Assembly: GCA_964016885.1 (NCBI GenBank) | Contig: OZ024741.1 | Coordinates: 255,130,001-255,194,000, forward strand | Reading direction: 5' to 3' | Source: Eledone cirrhosa | Taxonomy: Eukaryota | Length of the DNA stretch: 64,000 bases | Part shown: piece by piece, positions 1 to 13,721 of the stretch | Layout of the letters: each line of letters begins with the position of its first letter | Position numbering within the stretch: the first letter of the stretch is position 1 | Translations under genes and position numbers: made by a program | Notes under the pieces: model-generated | What the model saw: the letters and a program-made list of their open reading frames with translations, nothing else | Told to the model about the DNA's origin: nothing | Database searches by the model: none

Positions 1-3000
1 GTCAGTGCCAGTGTTGTTGTTGTTGCTGTTTTCTCTGTCAGTGCCAGTGTTGTTGTAGTTATTGCTGTTTTCTGTGTCAGTGCCACTGTTGTTGTTGCTG
101 TTTTCTGTGTCGGTGACAGTGTTGTTGTTGTTGCTGTTTTCTCTGTCAGTGCCAGTGTTGTTGTTGCTGTTATCTCTGTCAGTGCCAGTGTTGTTGTTGC
201 TGTTTTCTGTGTCAGTGCCATTGTTATTGATGTTGTTACTGTTTTCTCTGTCAGTGCCAGTGTTGTTGTTGCTGTTGTTGCTGTTGCTGTTTTCTCTGTC
301 AGTGCCAGTGTTGTTGTAGTTGTTGCTGTTTTCTCTGTCAGTGCCAGTGTTGTAGTTGTTGCTGTTTTCTGTGTCAGTGCCAGTGTTGTTGCTGTTGCTG
401 TTTTCTCTGTCAGTGCCAGTGTTGTTGTAGTTGTTGCTGTTTTCTCTGTCAGTGCCAGTGTTGTTGTAGTTGTTGCTGTTTTCTGTGTCAGTGCCGGTGT
501 TGTTGTTGTTGCTGTTTTCTCTGTCAATGCCAGTGTTGTTGTTGTTGCTGTTTTCTCTGTCAGTGCCAGTGTTGTTGTTGTTGCTGTTTTCTGTGTCAGT
601 GCCAGTGTTGTTGTTGCTGTTTTCTGTGTCAGTGCCAGTGTTGTTGTAGTTGTTGCTGTTTTCTGTGCCAATGCCAGTGTTGTTGTAGTTGTTGCTGTTT
701 TCTGTGTCAGTGCCAGTGTTGTTGTAGTTGTTGCTGTTTTCTCTGTGAGTGCCAGTGTTGTTGTAGTTGTTGCTGTTTTCTCTGTCAGTGCCAGTGTTGT
801 TGTAGTTGTTGCTGTTTTCTGTGTCAGTGCCAGTGTTGTTGTTGTTGCTGTTTTCTCTGTCAGTGCCAGTGTTGTTGTAGTTGTTGCTGTTTTCTGTGTC
901 AGTGCCAGTGTTGTTGTTGCTGTTTTCTCTGTCATTGCCAGTGTTGTTGTAGTTGTTGCTGTTTTCTCTGTCAGTGCCAGTTTTGTTGTAGTTGTTGCTG
1001 ATTTCTGTGTCAGTGCCAGTGTTGTTGTAGTTGTTGCTGTTTTCTCTGTCAGTGCCAGTGTTGTTGTTGTTGCTGTTTTCTCTGTCAGTGCCAGTATTGT
1101 AGTTGTTGCTGTTTTCTCTGTCAGTGCCAGTGTTGTTGTTGTTGTTGCTGTTTTCTCTGTCAGTGCCAGTGTTGTTGTTGTTGCTATTTTCACTGTCAGT
1201 GCCAGTGTTGTTGTTGTTGCTATTTTCACTGTCAGTGCCAGTGTTGTTGTTGTTACTGTTGCTGTTTTCTGTGCCAGTGCCAGTGTTATTGTTGCTGTTG
1301 TTGCTGTTTTGTCTGTCAGTGCCAGTGTTGTAGTTGTTGCTGTTTTCTCTGTCAGTGCCAGTGTTGTTGTAGTTGTTGCTGTTTTCTGTGTCAGTGCCAG
1401 TGTTGTTGTTGTTGCTGTTTTCTCTGTCAGTGCCAGTGTTGTTGTAGTTGTTGCTGTTTTCTCTGTCAGTGACAGTGTTGTTGTAGTTGTTGCTGTTTTC
1501 TGTGTCAGTGCCAGTGTTGTTGTAGTTGTTGCTGTTTTTTCTGTCAGTGCCAGTGTTGTTGTTGTTGTTGCTGTTTTCTCTGTCAGTGCCAGTGTTGTAG
1601 TTGTTGCTCTTTTCTCTGTCAGTGCCAGTGTTGTTGTAGTTGTTGCTGTTTTCTGTGTCAGTGCCAGTGTTGTTGCTGTTGCTGTTTTCTCTGTCAGTGC
1701 CAGTGTTGTTGTAGTTGTTGCTGCTTTCTCTGTCAGTGCCAGTCTTGTTGTAGTTGTTGCTGATTTCTGTGTCAGTGCCAGTGTTGTTGTTGTTGCTGTT
1801 TTCTCTGTCAATGCCAGTGTTGTTGTAGTTGTTGCTGTTTTCTGTGTCAGTGCCACTGTTGTTGTTGCTGTTTTCTGTGTCAGTGCCAGTGTTGTTGTTG
1901 TTGCTGTTTTCTCTGTCAGTGCCAGTGTTGTTGTTGCTGTTTTCTCTGTCAGTGCCAGTGTTGTTGTTGTTGCTGTTTTCTGTGTCAGTGCCAGTGTTGT
2001 TGTAGTTGTTGCTGTTTTCTGTGCCAGTGCCAGTGTTGTTGTAGTTGTTGCTGTTTTCTGTGTCAGTGCCAGTGTTGTTGTAGTTGTTGCTGTTTTCTCT
2101 GTGAGTGCCAGTGTTGTTGTAGTTGTTGCTGTTTTCTCTGTCAGTGCCAGTGTTGTTGTAGTTGCTTTTTTCTGTGTCAGTGCCAGTGTTGTTGTTGTTG
2201 CTGTTTTCTCTGTCAGTGCCAGTGTTGTTGTAGTTGTTGCTGTTTTCTGTGCCAGTGCCAGTGTTACTGTTGCTGTTGTTGCAGTTTTGTCTGTCAGTGC
2301 CAGTGTTGTAGTTGTTGCTGTTTTCTCTGTCAGTGCCAGTGTTGTTGTAGTTGTTGCTGTTTTCTCTGTCAGTGCCAGTGTTGTTGTAGTTGTTGCTGTT
2401 TTCTGTGTCAATGCCATTGTTGTTGTTGTTGCTGTTTTCTCTGTCAGTGCCAGTGTTGTTGTTGTTGCTGTTTTCTCTGTCAGTGCCAGTGTTCTTGTTG
2501 TTGCTGTTTTCTCTGTCAGTGCCAGTGTTGTTGTAGTTGTTGCTGTTTTCTGTGTCAGTGCCAGTGTTGTTGTAGTTGTTGCTGTTTTCTCTGTCAGTGC
2601 CAGTGTTGTTGTAGTTGTTGCTGTTTTCTCTGTCAGTGCCAGTGTTGTTGTAGTTGTTGCTGTTTTCTGTGTCAGTGCCAGTGTTGTTGTTGTTGCTGTT
2701 TTCTCTGTCAGTGCCAGTGTTGTTGTAGTTGTTGCTGTTTTCTGTGTCAGTGCCAATGTTGTTGTTGCTGTTTTCTGTGTCGGTGCCAGTGTTGTTGTTG
2801 TTGCTGTTTTCTCTGTCAGTGCCAGTGTTGTTGTTGCTGTTTTCTCTGTCAGTACCAGTGTTGTTGTTGCTGTTTCCTGTGTCAGTGCCATTGTTATTGC
2901 TGTTGTTGCTGTTTTCTCTGTCAGTGCCAGTGTTGTTGTTGCTGTTGTTGCTGTGGCTGTTTTCTCTGTCAGTGCCAGTGTTGTTGTAGTTGTTGCTGTT

Positions 3001-6000
3001 TTCTCTGTCAGTGCCAGTGTTGTAGTTGTTGCTGTTTTCTGTGTCAGTGCCAGTGTTGTTGTTGTTTCTGTTTTCTCTGTCAGTGCCAGTGTTGTTGTAG
3101 TTGTTGCTGTTTTCTCTGTCAGTGCCAGTGTTGTTGTAGTTGTTGCTGTTTTCTGTGTCAGTGCCGGTGTTGTTGTTGTTGCTGTTTTCTCTGTCAGTGC
3201 CAGTGTTGTTGTTGTTGCTGTTTTCTCTGTCAGTGCCAGTGTTGTTGTAGTTGTTGCTGTTTTCTGTGCCAGTGCCAGTGTTACTGTTGCTGTTGTTGCT
3301 GTTTTGTCTGTCAGTGCCAGTGTTGTTGTTGTTGCTGTTTTCTCTGTCAGTGCCAGTGTTGTTGTTGTTGCTGTTTTCTGTGTCAGTGCCAGTGTTGTTG
3401 TAGTAGTTGCTGTTTTCTGTGTCAGTGCCAGTGTTGTTGTAGTTGTTGCTGTTTTCTGTGTCAGTGCCAGTGTTGTTGTAGTTGTTGCTGTTTTCTCTGT
3501 CAGTGCCAGTGTTGTTGTAGTTGTTGCTGTTTTCTCTGTCAGTGCCAGTGTTGTTGTAGTTGTTGCTGTTTTCTGTGTCAATGCCAGTGTTGTTGTTGTT
3601 GCTGTTTTCTCTGCCAGTGCCAGTGTTGTAGTTGTTGCTGTTTTCTCTGTCAGTGCCAGTGTTGTTGTAGTTGTTGCTGTTTTCTGTGTCACTGCCAGTG
3701 TTGTTGCTGTTGTTGCTGTTTTCTGTGTCAGTGCCAGTGTTGTTGTTGTTGCTGTTTTCTCTGTCAGTGCCAGTGTTGTTCTAGTTGTTGCTGTTTTCTG
3801 TGTCAGTGCCAGTGTTGTTGTAGTTGTTGCTGTTTTCTCTGTCAGTGCCAGTGTTGTTGTAGTTGTTGCTGTTTTCTCTGTCAGTGCCAGTGTTGTTGTA
3901 GTTGTTTCTGTTTTCTGTGTCAGTGCCAGTGTTGTTGTTGTTGCTGTTTTCTCTGTCAGTGCCAGTGTTGTTGTAGTTATTGCTGTTTTCTGTGTCAGTG
4001 CCACTGTTGTTGTTGCTGTTTTCTGTGTCAGTGCCAGTGTTGTTGTTGTTGCTGTTTTCTCTGTCAGTGCCAGTGTTGTTGTTGCTGTTTTCTCTGTCAG
4101 TGCCAGTGTTGTTGTTGCTGTTTTCTGTGTCAGTGCCATTGTTATTGCTGTTGTTGCTGTTTTCTCTGTCAGTGCCAGTGTTGTTGTAGTTGTTGCTGTT
4201 TTCTCTGTCAGTGCCAGTGTTGTTGTAATTGTTGCTATTTTCTGTGTCAGTGCCACTGTTGTTGCTGTTGTTGCTGTTTTCTGTGTCAGTGCCAGTGTTG
4301 TTGCTGTTGTTGCTGTTTTCTGTGTCAGTGCCAGTGTTGTTGTTGTTGCTGTTTACTGTGTCAGTGCCAGTGTTGTTGTTGCTATTTTCACTCTCAGTGC
4401 CAGTGTTGTTGTAGTTGTTGCTGTTTTCTGTGTCAGTGCCAGTGTTGTTGTTGTTGCTGTTTTCTCTGTCAGTGCCAGTGTTGTTGTAGCTGTTGCTGTT
4501 TTCTGTGTCAGTGCCAGTGTTGTTGTAGTTGTTGCTGTTTTCTGTGTCAGTGCCAGTGTTGTTGTTGTTGCTGTTTTCTCTGTCAGTGCCAGTGTTGTTG
4601 TAGTTGTTGCTGTTTTCTCTGTCAGTGCCAGTGTTGTTGTAGTTGTTGCTGTTTTTTGTGTCAGTGCCAGTGTTGTTGTAGTTGTTGCTGTTTTCTGTGT
4701 CAGTGCCAGTGTTGTTGTAGTTGTTGCTGTTTTCTCTGTCAGTGCCAGTGTTGTTGTTGTTGTTGCTGTTTTCTCTGTCAGTGCCAGTGTTGTAGTTGTT
4801 GCTGTTTTCTCTGTCAGTGCCAGTGTTGTTGTAGTTGTTGCTGTTTTCTGTGTCAGTGCCAGTGTTGTTGCTGTTGCTGTTTTCTCTGTCAGTGCCAGTG
4901 TTGTTGTAGTTGTTGCTGCTTTCTCTGTCAGTGCCAGTGTTGTTGTAGTTGTTGCTGTTTTCTGTGTCAGTGCCAGTGTTGTTGTTGTTGCTGTTTTCTC
5001 TGTCAATGCCAGTGTTGTTGTAGTTGTTGCTGTTTTCTGTGTCAGTGCCACTGTTGTTGTTTCTGTTTTCTGTGTCAGTGCCAGTGTTGTTGTTGTTGCT
5101 GTTTTCTCTGTCAGTGCCAGTGTTGTTGTTGCTGTTTTCTCTGTCAGTGCCAGTGTTGTTGTTGTTGCTGTTTTCTGTGTCAGTGCCATTGTTATTGCTG
5201 TTGTTGCTGTTTTCTGTGTCAGTGCCAGTGTTGTTGTTGCTGTTGTTGCTTTTTTCTGTGTCAGTGCCAGTGTTGTTGTAGTTGTTGCTGTTTTCTCTGT
5301 CAGTGCCAGTGTTGTAGTTGTTGCTGTTTTCTGTGTCAGTGCCAGTGTTGTTGTTGTTGCTATTTTCACTGTCAGTGCCAGTGTTGTTGTTGTTGCTGTT
5401 TTGTGTGTCAGTGCCAGTGTTGTTGTTGTTGCTGTTTTCTTTGTCAGTGCCAGTGTTGTTGTTGTTACTGTTGCTGTTTTCTGTGTCAGTTCCAGTGTTG
5501 CTGTTGCTGTTTTCTGTGCCAGTGCCAGTGTTATTGTTGCTGTTGTTGCTGTTTTCTGTGTCAGTGCCACGGTTGTTGTTGTTGTTGTTGCTGTTTTCTG
5601 TGTCAGTGCCAGTGTTGTAGTTGTTTCTGTTTTCTGTGTCAGTGCCAGTGTTGTTGTAGTTGTTGCTGTTTTCTCTGTCAGTGCCAGTGTTGTTGTAGTT
5701 GTTGCTGTTTTCTCTGTCAGTGCCAGTGTTGTTGTAGTTGTTGCTGTTTTCTGTGTCAGTGCCAGTGTTGTTGTAGTTGTTGCTGTTTTCTGTGTCAGTG
5801 CCAGTGTTGTTGTAGTTGTTGCTGTTTACTCTGTCAGTGACAGTGTTGTTGTAGTTGTTGCTGTTTTCTCTGTCAGTGCCAGTGGTGTTGTAGTTGTTGC
5901 TGTTTTCTGTGTCAGTGCCAGTGTTGTTGTTGCTGTTTTCTCTGTCAGTGCCAGTGTTGTTGTAGTTGTTGCTGTTTTCTCTGACAGTGCCAGTGTTGTT

Positions 6001-9000
6001 GTAGTTGTTGCTGTTTTCTGTGTCAGTGCCAGTGTTGTTGTAGTTGTTGCTGTTTTCTCTGTCAGTGCCAGTGTTGTTGTTGTTGTTGCTGTTTTGTCTG
6101 TCAGTGCCAGTGTTGTAGTTGTTGCTGTTTTCTCTGTCAGTGCCAGTGTTGTTGTCGTTGTTGCTGTTTTCTGTGTCAGTGCCAGTGTTGTTGTTGTTGC
6201 TGTTTTCTGTGTCAGTGCCAGTGTTGTTGTTGTTGCTATTTTCACTGTCAGTGCCAGTGTTGTTGCTGTTGCTGTTTTCTCTGTCAGTGCCAGTGATGTT
6301 GTAGTTGTTGCTGTTTTCTGTGTTAGTGCCAGTGTTGTTGTAGTTGTTGCTGTTTTCTGTGTCAGTGCCAGTGTTGTTGCTGTTGCTGTTTTCTCTGTCA
6401 GTGCCAGTGTTGTTGTAGTTGTTGCTGCTTTCTCTGTCAGCGCCAGTGTTGCTGTAGTTGTTTCTGTTTTCTGTGTCAGTGCCAGTGTTGTTGTTGTTGC
6501 TGTTTTCTCTGTCAGTGCCAGTGTTGTTGTAGTTGTTGCTGTTTTCTGTGTCAGTGGCACTGTTGTTGTTGCTGTTTTCTGTGTCTGTGCCAGTGTTGTT
6601 GTTGTTGCTGTTTTCTCTGTCAGTGCCAGTGTTGTTGTAGTTGTTGCTGTTTTCTGTGTCAGTGCCAGTGTTGTTGTTGTTGCTGTTTTCTCTGTCAGTG
6701 CCAGTGTTGTTGTAGTTATTGCTGTTTTCTGTGTCAGTGCCACTGTTGTTGTTGCTGTTTTCTGTGTCGGTGACAGTGTTGTTGTTGTTGCTGTTTTCTC
6801 TGTCAGTGCCAGTGTTGTTGTTGCTGTTATCTCTGTCAGTGCCAGTGTTGTTGTTGCTGTTTTCTGTGTCAGTGCCATTGTTATTGATGTTGTTACTGTT
6901 TTCTCTGTCAGTGCCAGTGTTGTTGTTGCTGTTGTTGCTGTTGCTGTTTTCTCTGTCAGTGCCAGTGTTGTTGTAGTTGTTGCTGTTTTCTCTGTCAGTG
7001 CCAGTGTTGTAGTTGTTGCTGTTTTCTGTGTCAGTGCCAGTGTTGTTGCTGTTGCTGTTTTCTCTGTCAGTGCCAGTGTTGTTGTAGTTGTTGCTGTTTT
7101 CTCTGTCAGTGCCAGTGTTGTTGTAGTTGTTGCTGTTTTCTGTGTCAGTGCCGGTGTTGTTGTTGTTGCTGTTTTCTCTGTCAATGCCAGTGTTGTTGTT
7201 GTTGCTGTTTTCTCTGTCAGTGCCAGTGTTGTTGTTGTTGCTGTTTTCTGTGTCAGTGCCAGTGTTGTTGTTGCTGTTTTCTGTGTCAGTGCCAGTGTTG
7301 TTGTAGTTGTTGCTGTTTTCTGTGCCAATGCCAGTGTTGTTGTAGTTGTTGCTGTTTTCTGTGTCAGTGCCAGTGTTGTTGTAGTTGTTGCTGTTTTCTC
7401 TGTGAGTGCCAGTGTTGTTGTAGTTGTTGCTGTTTTCTCTGTCAGTGCCAGTGTTGTTGTAGTTGTTGCTGTTTTCTGTGTCAGTGCCAGTGTTGTTGTT
7501 GTTGCTGTTTTCTCTGTCAGTGCCAGTGTTGTTGTAGTTGTTGCTGTTTTCTGTGTCAGTGCCAGTGTTGTTGTTGCTGTTTTCTCTGTCATTGCCAGTG
7601 TTGTTGTAGTTGTTGCTGTTTTCTCTGTCAGTGCCAGTTTTGTTGTAGTTGTTGCTGATTTCTGTGTCAGTGCCAGTGTTGTTGTAGTTGTTGCTGTTTT
7701 CTCTGTCAGTGCCAGTGTTGTTGTTGTTGCTGTTTTCTCTGTCAGTGCCAGTATTGTAGTTGTTGCTGTTTTCTCTGTCAGTGCCAGTGTTGTTGTTGTT
7801 GTTGCTGTTTTCTCTGTCAGTGCCAGTGTTGTTGTTGTTGCTATTTTCACTGTCAGTGCCAGTGTTGTTGTTGTTGCTATTTTCACTGTCAGTGCCAGTG
7901 TTGTTGTTGTTACTGTTGCTGTTTTCTGTGCCAGTGCCAGTGTTATTGTTGCTGTTGTTGCTGTTTTGTCTGTCAGTGCCAGTGTTGTAGTTGTTGCTGT
8001 TTTCTCTGTCAGTGCCAGTGTTGTTGTAGTTGTTGCTGTTTTCTGTGTCAGTGCCAGTGTTGTTGTTGTTGCTGTTTTCTCTGTCAGTGCCAGTGTTGTT
8101 GTAGTTGTTGCTGTTTTCTCTGTCAGTGACAGTGTTGTTGTAGTTGTTGCTGTTTTCTGTGTCAGTGCCAGTGTTGTTGTAGTTGTTGCTGTTTTTTCTG
8201 TCAGTGCCAGTGTTGTTGTTGTTGTTGCTGTTTTCTCTGTCAGTGCCAGTGTTGTAGTTGTTGCTCTTTTCTCTGTCAGTGCCAGTGTTGTTGTAGTTGT
8301 TGCTGTTTTCTGTGTCAGTGCCAGTGTTGTTGCTGTTGCTGTTTTCTCTGTCAGTGCCAGTGTTGTTGTAGTTGTTGCTGCTTTCTCTGTCAGTGCCAGT
8401 CTTGTTGTAGTTGTTGCTGATTTCTGTGTCAGTGCCAGTGTTGTTGTTGTTGCTGTTTTCTCTGTCAATGCCAGTGTTGTTGTAGTTGTTGCTGTTTTCT
8501 GTGTCAGTGCCACTGTTGTTGTTGCTGTTTTCTGTGTCAGTGCCAGTGTTGTTGTTGTTGCTGTTTTCTCTGTCAGTGCCAGTGTTGTTGTTGCTGTTTT
8601 CTCTGTCAGTGCCAGTGTTGTTGTTGTTGCTGTTTTCTGTGTCAGTGCCAGTGTTGTTGTAGTTGTTGCTGTTTTCTGTGCCAGTGCCAGTGTTGTTGTA
8701 GTTGTTGCTGTTTTCTGTGTCAGTGCCAGTGTTGTTGTAGTTGTTGCTGTTTTCTCTGTGAGTGCCAGTGTTGTTGTAGTTGTTGCTGTTTTCTCTGTCA
8801 GTGCCAGTGTTGTTGTAGTTGCTTTTTTCTGTGTCAGTGCCAGTGTTGTTGTTGTTGCTGTTTTCTCTGTCAGTGCCAGTGTTGTTGTAGTTGTTGCTGT
8901 TTTCTGTGCCAGTGCCAGTGTTACTGTTGCTGTTGTTGCAGTTTTGTCTGTCAGTGCCAGTGTTGTAGTTGTTGCTGTTTTCTCTGTCAGTGCCAGTGTT

Positions 9001-12000
9001 GTTGTAGTTGTTGCTGTTTTCTCTGTCAGTGCCAGTGTTGTTGTAGTTGTTGCTGTTTTCTGTGTCAATGCCATTGTTGTTGTTGTTGCTGTTTTCTCTG
9101 TCAGTGCCAGTGTTGTTGTTGTTGCTGTTTTCTCTGTCAGTGCCAGTGTTCTTGTTGTTGCTGTTTTCTCTGTCAGTGCCAGTGTTGTTGTAGTTGTTGC
9201 TGTTTTCTGTGTCAGTGCCAGTGTTGTTGTAGTTGTTGCTGTTTTCTCTGTCAGTGCCAGTGTTGTTGTAGTTGTTGCTGTTTTCTCTGTCAGTGCCAGT
9301 GTTGTTGTAGTTGTTGCTGTTTTCTGTGTCAGTGCCAGTGTTGTTGTTGTTGCTGTTTTCTCTGTCAGTGCCAGTGTTGTTGTAGTTGTTGCTGTTTTCT
9401 GTGTCAGTGCCAATGTTGTTGTTGCTGTTTTCTGTGTCGGTGCCAGTGTTGTTGTTGTTGCTGTTTTCTCTGTCAGTGCCAGTGTTGTTGTTGCTGTTTT
9501 CTCTGTCAGTACCAGTGTTGTTGTTGCTGTTTCCTGTGTCAGTGCCATTGTTATTGCTGTTGTTGCTGTTTTCTCTGTCAGTGCCAGTGTTGTTGTTGCT
9601 GTTGTTGCTGTGGCTGTTTTCTCTGTCAGTGCCAGTGTTGTTGTAGTTGTTGCTGTTTTCTCTGTCAGTGCCAGTGTTGTAGTTGTTGCTGTTTTCTGTG
9701 TCAGTGCCAGTGTTGTTGTTGTTTCTGTTTTCTCTGTCAGTGCCAGTGTTGTTGTAGTTGTTGCTGTTTTCTCTGTCAGTGCCAGTGTTGTTGTAGTTGT
9801 TGCTGTTTTCTGTGTCAGTGCCGGTGTTGTTGTTGTTGCTGTTTTCTCTGTCAGTGCCAGTGTTGTTGTTGTTGCTGTTTTCTCTGTCAGTGCCAGTGTT
9901 GTTGTAGTTGTTGCTGTTTTCTGTGCCAGTGCCAGTGTTACTGTTGCTGTTGTTGCTGTTTTGTCTGTCAGTGCCAGTGTTGTTGTTGTTGCTGTTTTCT
10001 CTGTCAGTGCCAGTGTTGTTGTTGTTGCTGTTTTCTGTGTCAGTGCCAGTGTTGTTGTAGTAGTTGCTGTTTTCTGTGTCAGTGCCAGTGTTGTTGTAGT
10101 TGTTGCTGTTTTCTGTGTCAGTGCCAGTGTTGTTGTAGTTGTTGCTGTTTTCTCTGTCAGTGCCAGTGTTGTTGTAGTTGTTGCTGTTTTCTCTGTCAGT
10201 GCCAGTGTTGTTGTAGTTGTTGCTGTTTTCTGTGTCAATGCCAGTGTTGTTGTTGTTGCTGTTTTCTCTGCCAGTGCCAGTGTTGTAGTTGTTGCTGTTT
10301 TCTCTGTCAGTGCCAGTGTTGTTGTAGTTGTTGCTGTTTTCTGTGTCACTGCCAGTGTTGTTGCTGTTGTTGCTGTTTTCTGTGTCAGTGCCAGTGTTGT
10401 TGTTGTTGCTGTTTTCTCTGTCAGTGCCAGTGTTGTTCTAGTTGTTGCTGTTTTCTGTGTCAGTGCCAGTGTTGTTGTAGTTGTTGCTGTTTTCTCTGTC
10501 AGTGCCAGTGTTGTTGTAGTTGTTGCTGTTTTCTCTGTCAGTGCCAGTGTTGTTGTAGTTGTTTCTGTTTTCTGTGTCAGTGCCAGTGTTGTTGTTGTTG
10601 CTGTTTTCTCTGTCAGTGCCAGTGTTGTTGTAGTTATTGCTGTTTTCTGTGTCAGTGCCACTGTTGTTGTTGCTGTTTTCTGTGTCAGTGCCAGTGTTGT
10701 TGTTGTTGCTGTTTTCTCTGTCAGTGCCAGTGTTGTTGTTGCTGTTTTCTCTGTCAGTGCCAGTGTTGTTGTTGCTGTTTTCTGTGTCAGTGCCATTGTT
10801 ATTGCTGTTGTTGCTGTTTTCTCTGTCAGTGCCAGTGTTGTTGTAGTTGTTGCTGTTTTCTCTGTCAGTGCCAGTGTTGTTGTAATTGTTGCTATTTTCT
10901 GTGTCAGTGCCACTGTTGTTGCTGTTGTTGCTGTTTTCTGTGTCAGTGCCAGTGTTGTTGCTGTTGTTGCTGTTTTCTGTGTCAGTGCCAGTGTTGTTGT
11001 TGTTGCTGTTTACTGTGTCAGTGCCAGTGTTGTTGTTGCTATTTTCACTCTCAGTGCCAGTGTTGTTGTAGTTGTTGCTGTTTTCTGTGTCAGTGCCAGT
11101 GTTGTTGTTGTTGCTGTTTTCTCTGTCAGTGCCAGTGTTGTTGTAGCTGTTGCTGTTTTCTGTGTCAGTGCCAGTGTTGTTGTAGTTGTTGCTGTTTTCT
11201 GTGTCAGTGCCAGTGTTGTTGTTGTTGCTGTTTTCTCTGTCAGTGCCAGTGTTGTTGTAGTTGTTGCTGTTTTCTCTGTCAGTGCCAGTGTTGTTGTAGT
11301 TGTTGCTGTTTTTTGTGTCAGTGCCAGTGTTGTTGTAGTTGTTGCTGTTTTCTGTGTCAGTGCCAGTGTTGTTGTAGTTGTTGCTGTTTTCTCTGTCAGT
11401 GCCAGTGTTGTTGTTGTTGTTGCTGTTTTCTCTGTCAGTGCCAGTGTTGTAGTTGTTGCTGTTTTCTCTGTCAGTGCCAGTGTTGTTGTAGTTGTTGCTG
11501 TTTTCTGTGTCAGTGCCAGTGTTGTTGCTGTTGCTGTTTTCTCTGTCAGTGCCAGTGTTGTTGTAGTTGTTGCTGCTTTCTCTGTCAGTGCCAGTGTTGT
11601 TGTAGTTGTTGCTGTTTTCTGTGTCAGTGCCAGTGTTGTTGTTGTTGCTGTTTTCTCTGTCAATGCCAGTGTTGTTGTAGTTGTTGCTGTTTTCTGTGTC
11701 AGTGCCACTGTTGTTGTTTCTGTTTTCTGTGTCAGTGCCAGTGTTGTTGTTGTTGCTGTTTTCTCTGTCAGTGCCAGTGTTGTTGTTGCTGTTTTCTCTG
11801 TCAGTGCCAGTGTTGTTGTTGTTGCTGTTTTCTGTGTCAGTGCCATTGTTATTGCTGTTGTTGCTGTTTTCTGTGTCAGTGCCAGTGTTGTTGTTGCTGT
11901 TGTTGCTTTTTTCTGTGTCAGTGCCAGTGTTGTTGTAGTTGTTGCTGTTTTCTCTGTCAGTGCCAGTGTTGTAGTTGTTGCTGTTTTCTGTGTCAGTGCC

Positions 12001-13312
12001 AGTGTTGTTGTTGTTGCTATTTTCACTGTCAGTGCCAGTGTTGTTGTTGTTGCTGTTTTGTGTGTCAGTGCCAGTGTTGTTGTTGTTGCTGTTTTCTTTG
12101 TCAGTGCCAGTGTTGTTGTTGTTACTGTTGCTGTTTTCTGTGTCAGTTCCAGTGTTGCTGTTGCTGTTTTCTGTGCCAGTGCCAGTGTTATTGTTGCTGT
12201 TGTTGCTGTTTTCTGTGTCAGTGCCACGGTTGTTGTTGTTGTTGTTGCTGTTTTCTGTGTCAGTGCCAGTGTTGTAGTTGTTTCTGTTTTCTGTGTCAGT
12301 GCCAGTGTTGTTGTAGTTGTTGCTGTTTTCTCTGTCAGTGCCAGTGTTGTTGTAGTTGTTGCTGTTTTCTCTGTCAGTGCCAGTGTTGTTGTAGTTGTTG
12401 CTGTTTTCTGTGTCAGTGCCAGTGTTGTTGTAGTTGTTGCTGTTTTCTGTGTCAGTGCCAGTGTTGTTGTAGTTGTTGCTGTTTACTCTGTCAGTGACAG
12501 TGTTGTTGTAGTTGTTGCTGTTTTCTCTGTCAGTGCCAGTGGTGTTGTAGTTGTTGCTGTTTTCTGTGTCAGTGCCAGTGTTGTTGTTGCTGTTTTCTCT
12601 GTCAGTGCCAGTGTTGTTGTAGTTGTTGCTGTTTTCTCTGACAGTGCCAGTGTTGTTGTAGTTGTTGCTGTTTTCTGTGTCAGTGCCAGTGTTGTTGTAG
12701 TTGTTGCTGTTTTCTCTGTCAGTGCCAGTGTTGTTGTTGTTGTTGCTGTTTTGTCTGTCAGTGCCAGTGTTGTAGTTGTTGCTGTTTTCTCTGTCAGTGC
12801 CAGTGTTGTTGTCGTTGTTGCTGTTTTCTGTGTCAGTGCCAGTGTTGTTGTTGTTGCTGTTTTCTGTGTCAGTGCCAGTGTTGTTGTTGTTGCTATTTTC
12901 ACTGTCAGTGCCAGTGTTGTTGCTGTTGCTGTTTTCTCTGTCAGTGCCAGTGATGTTGTAGTTGTTGCTGTTTTCTGTGTTAGTGCCAGTGTTGTTGTAG
13001 TTGTTGCTGTTTTCTGTGTCAGTGCCAGTGTTGTTGCTGTTGCTGTTTTCTCTGTCAGTGCCAGTGTTGTTGTAGTTGTTGCTGCTTTCTCTGTCAGCGC
13101 CAGTGTTGCTGTAGTTGTTTCTGTTTTCTGTGTCAGTGCCAGTGTTGTTGTTGTTGCTGTTTTCTCTGTCAGTGCCAGTGTTGTTGTAGTTGTTGCTGTT
13201 TTCTGTGTCAGTGGCACTGTTGTTGTTGCTGTTTTCTGTGTCTGTGCCAGTGTTGTTGTTGTTGCTGTTTTCTCTGTCAGTGCCAGTGTTGTTGTAGTTG
13301 TTGCTGTTTTCT
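1..13312. repeat. Higher-order tandem duplication, period 6,657 bp (1-6657 and 6658-13312)
   Basis: ORF-track pairs have identical translations at offset 6657 (62/6719, 1103/7760, 2729/9386, 4353/11010, 6119/12776). Rare variants match, e.g. CGGTGACAGT at 111 and 6768. The first mismatch I found is 6656 G vs 13313 C. Confidence 0.93.
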
Positions 13313-13721
13313 CTGTCAGTGCCAGTGTTGTTGTAGTTGTTGCTGTTTTCTGTGTCAGTGCCATTGTTTTTGTTGTTGCTGTTTTCTCTGTCAGTGCCAG
13401 TGTTGTTGTAGTTGTTGCTGTTTTCTCTGTCAGTGCCAGTGTTGTTGTAATTGTTGCTGTTTTCTGTGTCAGTGCCAGTGTTGTTGCTGTTGTTGCTGTT
13501 TTCTGTGTCAGTGCCAGTGTTGTTGTTGTTGGTGTTTTCTGTGTCAGTGCCAGTGTTGTTGTTGCTATTTTCACTGTCAGTGCCAGTGTTGTTGTAGTTG
13601 TTGCTGTTTTCTGTGTCAGTGCCAGTGTTGTTGTTGTTGCTGTTTTCTCTGTCAGTGCCAGTGTTGTTGTAGCTGTTGCTGTTTTCTGTGTCAGTGCCAG
13701 TGTTGTTGTAGTTGTTGCTGT

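Noticed and set aside
62-319. Many short Leu-rich ORFs resembling signal peptides or transmembrane peptides
   Set aside because: They are the TTG reading of the repeat, open only where consecutive units lack the GTA (TAG) interruption.
1186-1235. V(D)J recombination-signal-like motif (CACTGT next to T-runs)
   Set aside because: I saw no full CACAGTG heptamer with a correctly spaced ACAAAAACC nonamer; the resemblance comes from a common repeat variant.
4656-5840. Cys-rich ORFs (CQCQCCCSCCCFL) resembling metallothionein or keratin-associated proteins
   Set aside because: They are simply the TGT reading of the GTT tracts. They start at sporadic variants, end at sporadic TGA/TAG and have no unique sequence.
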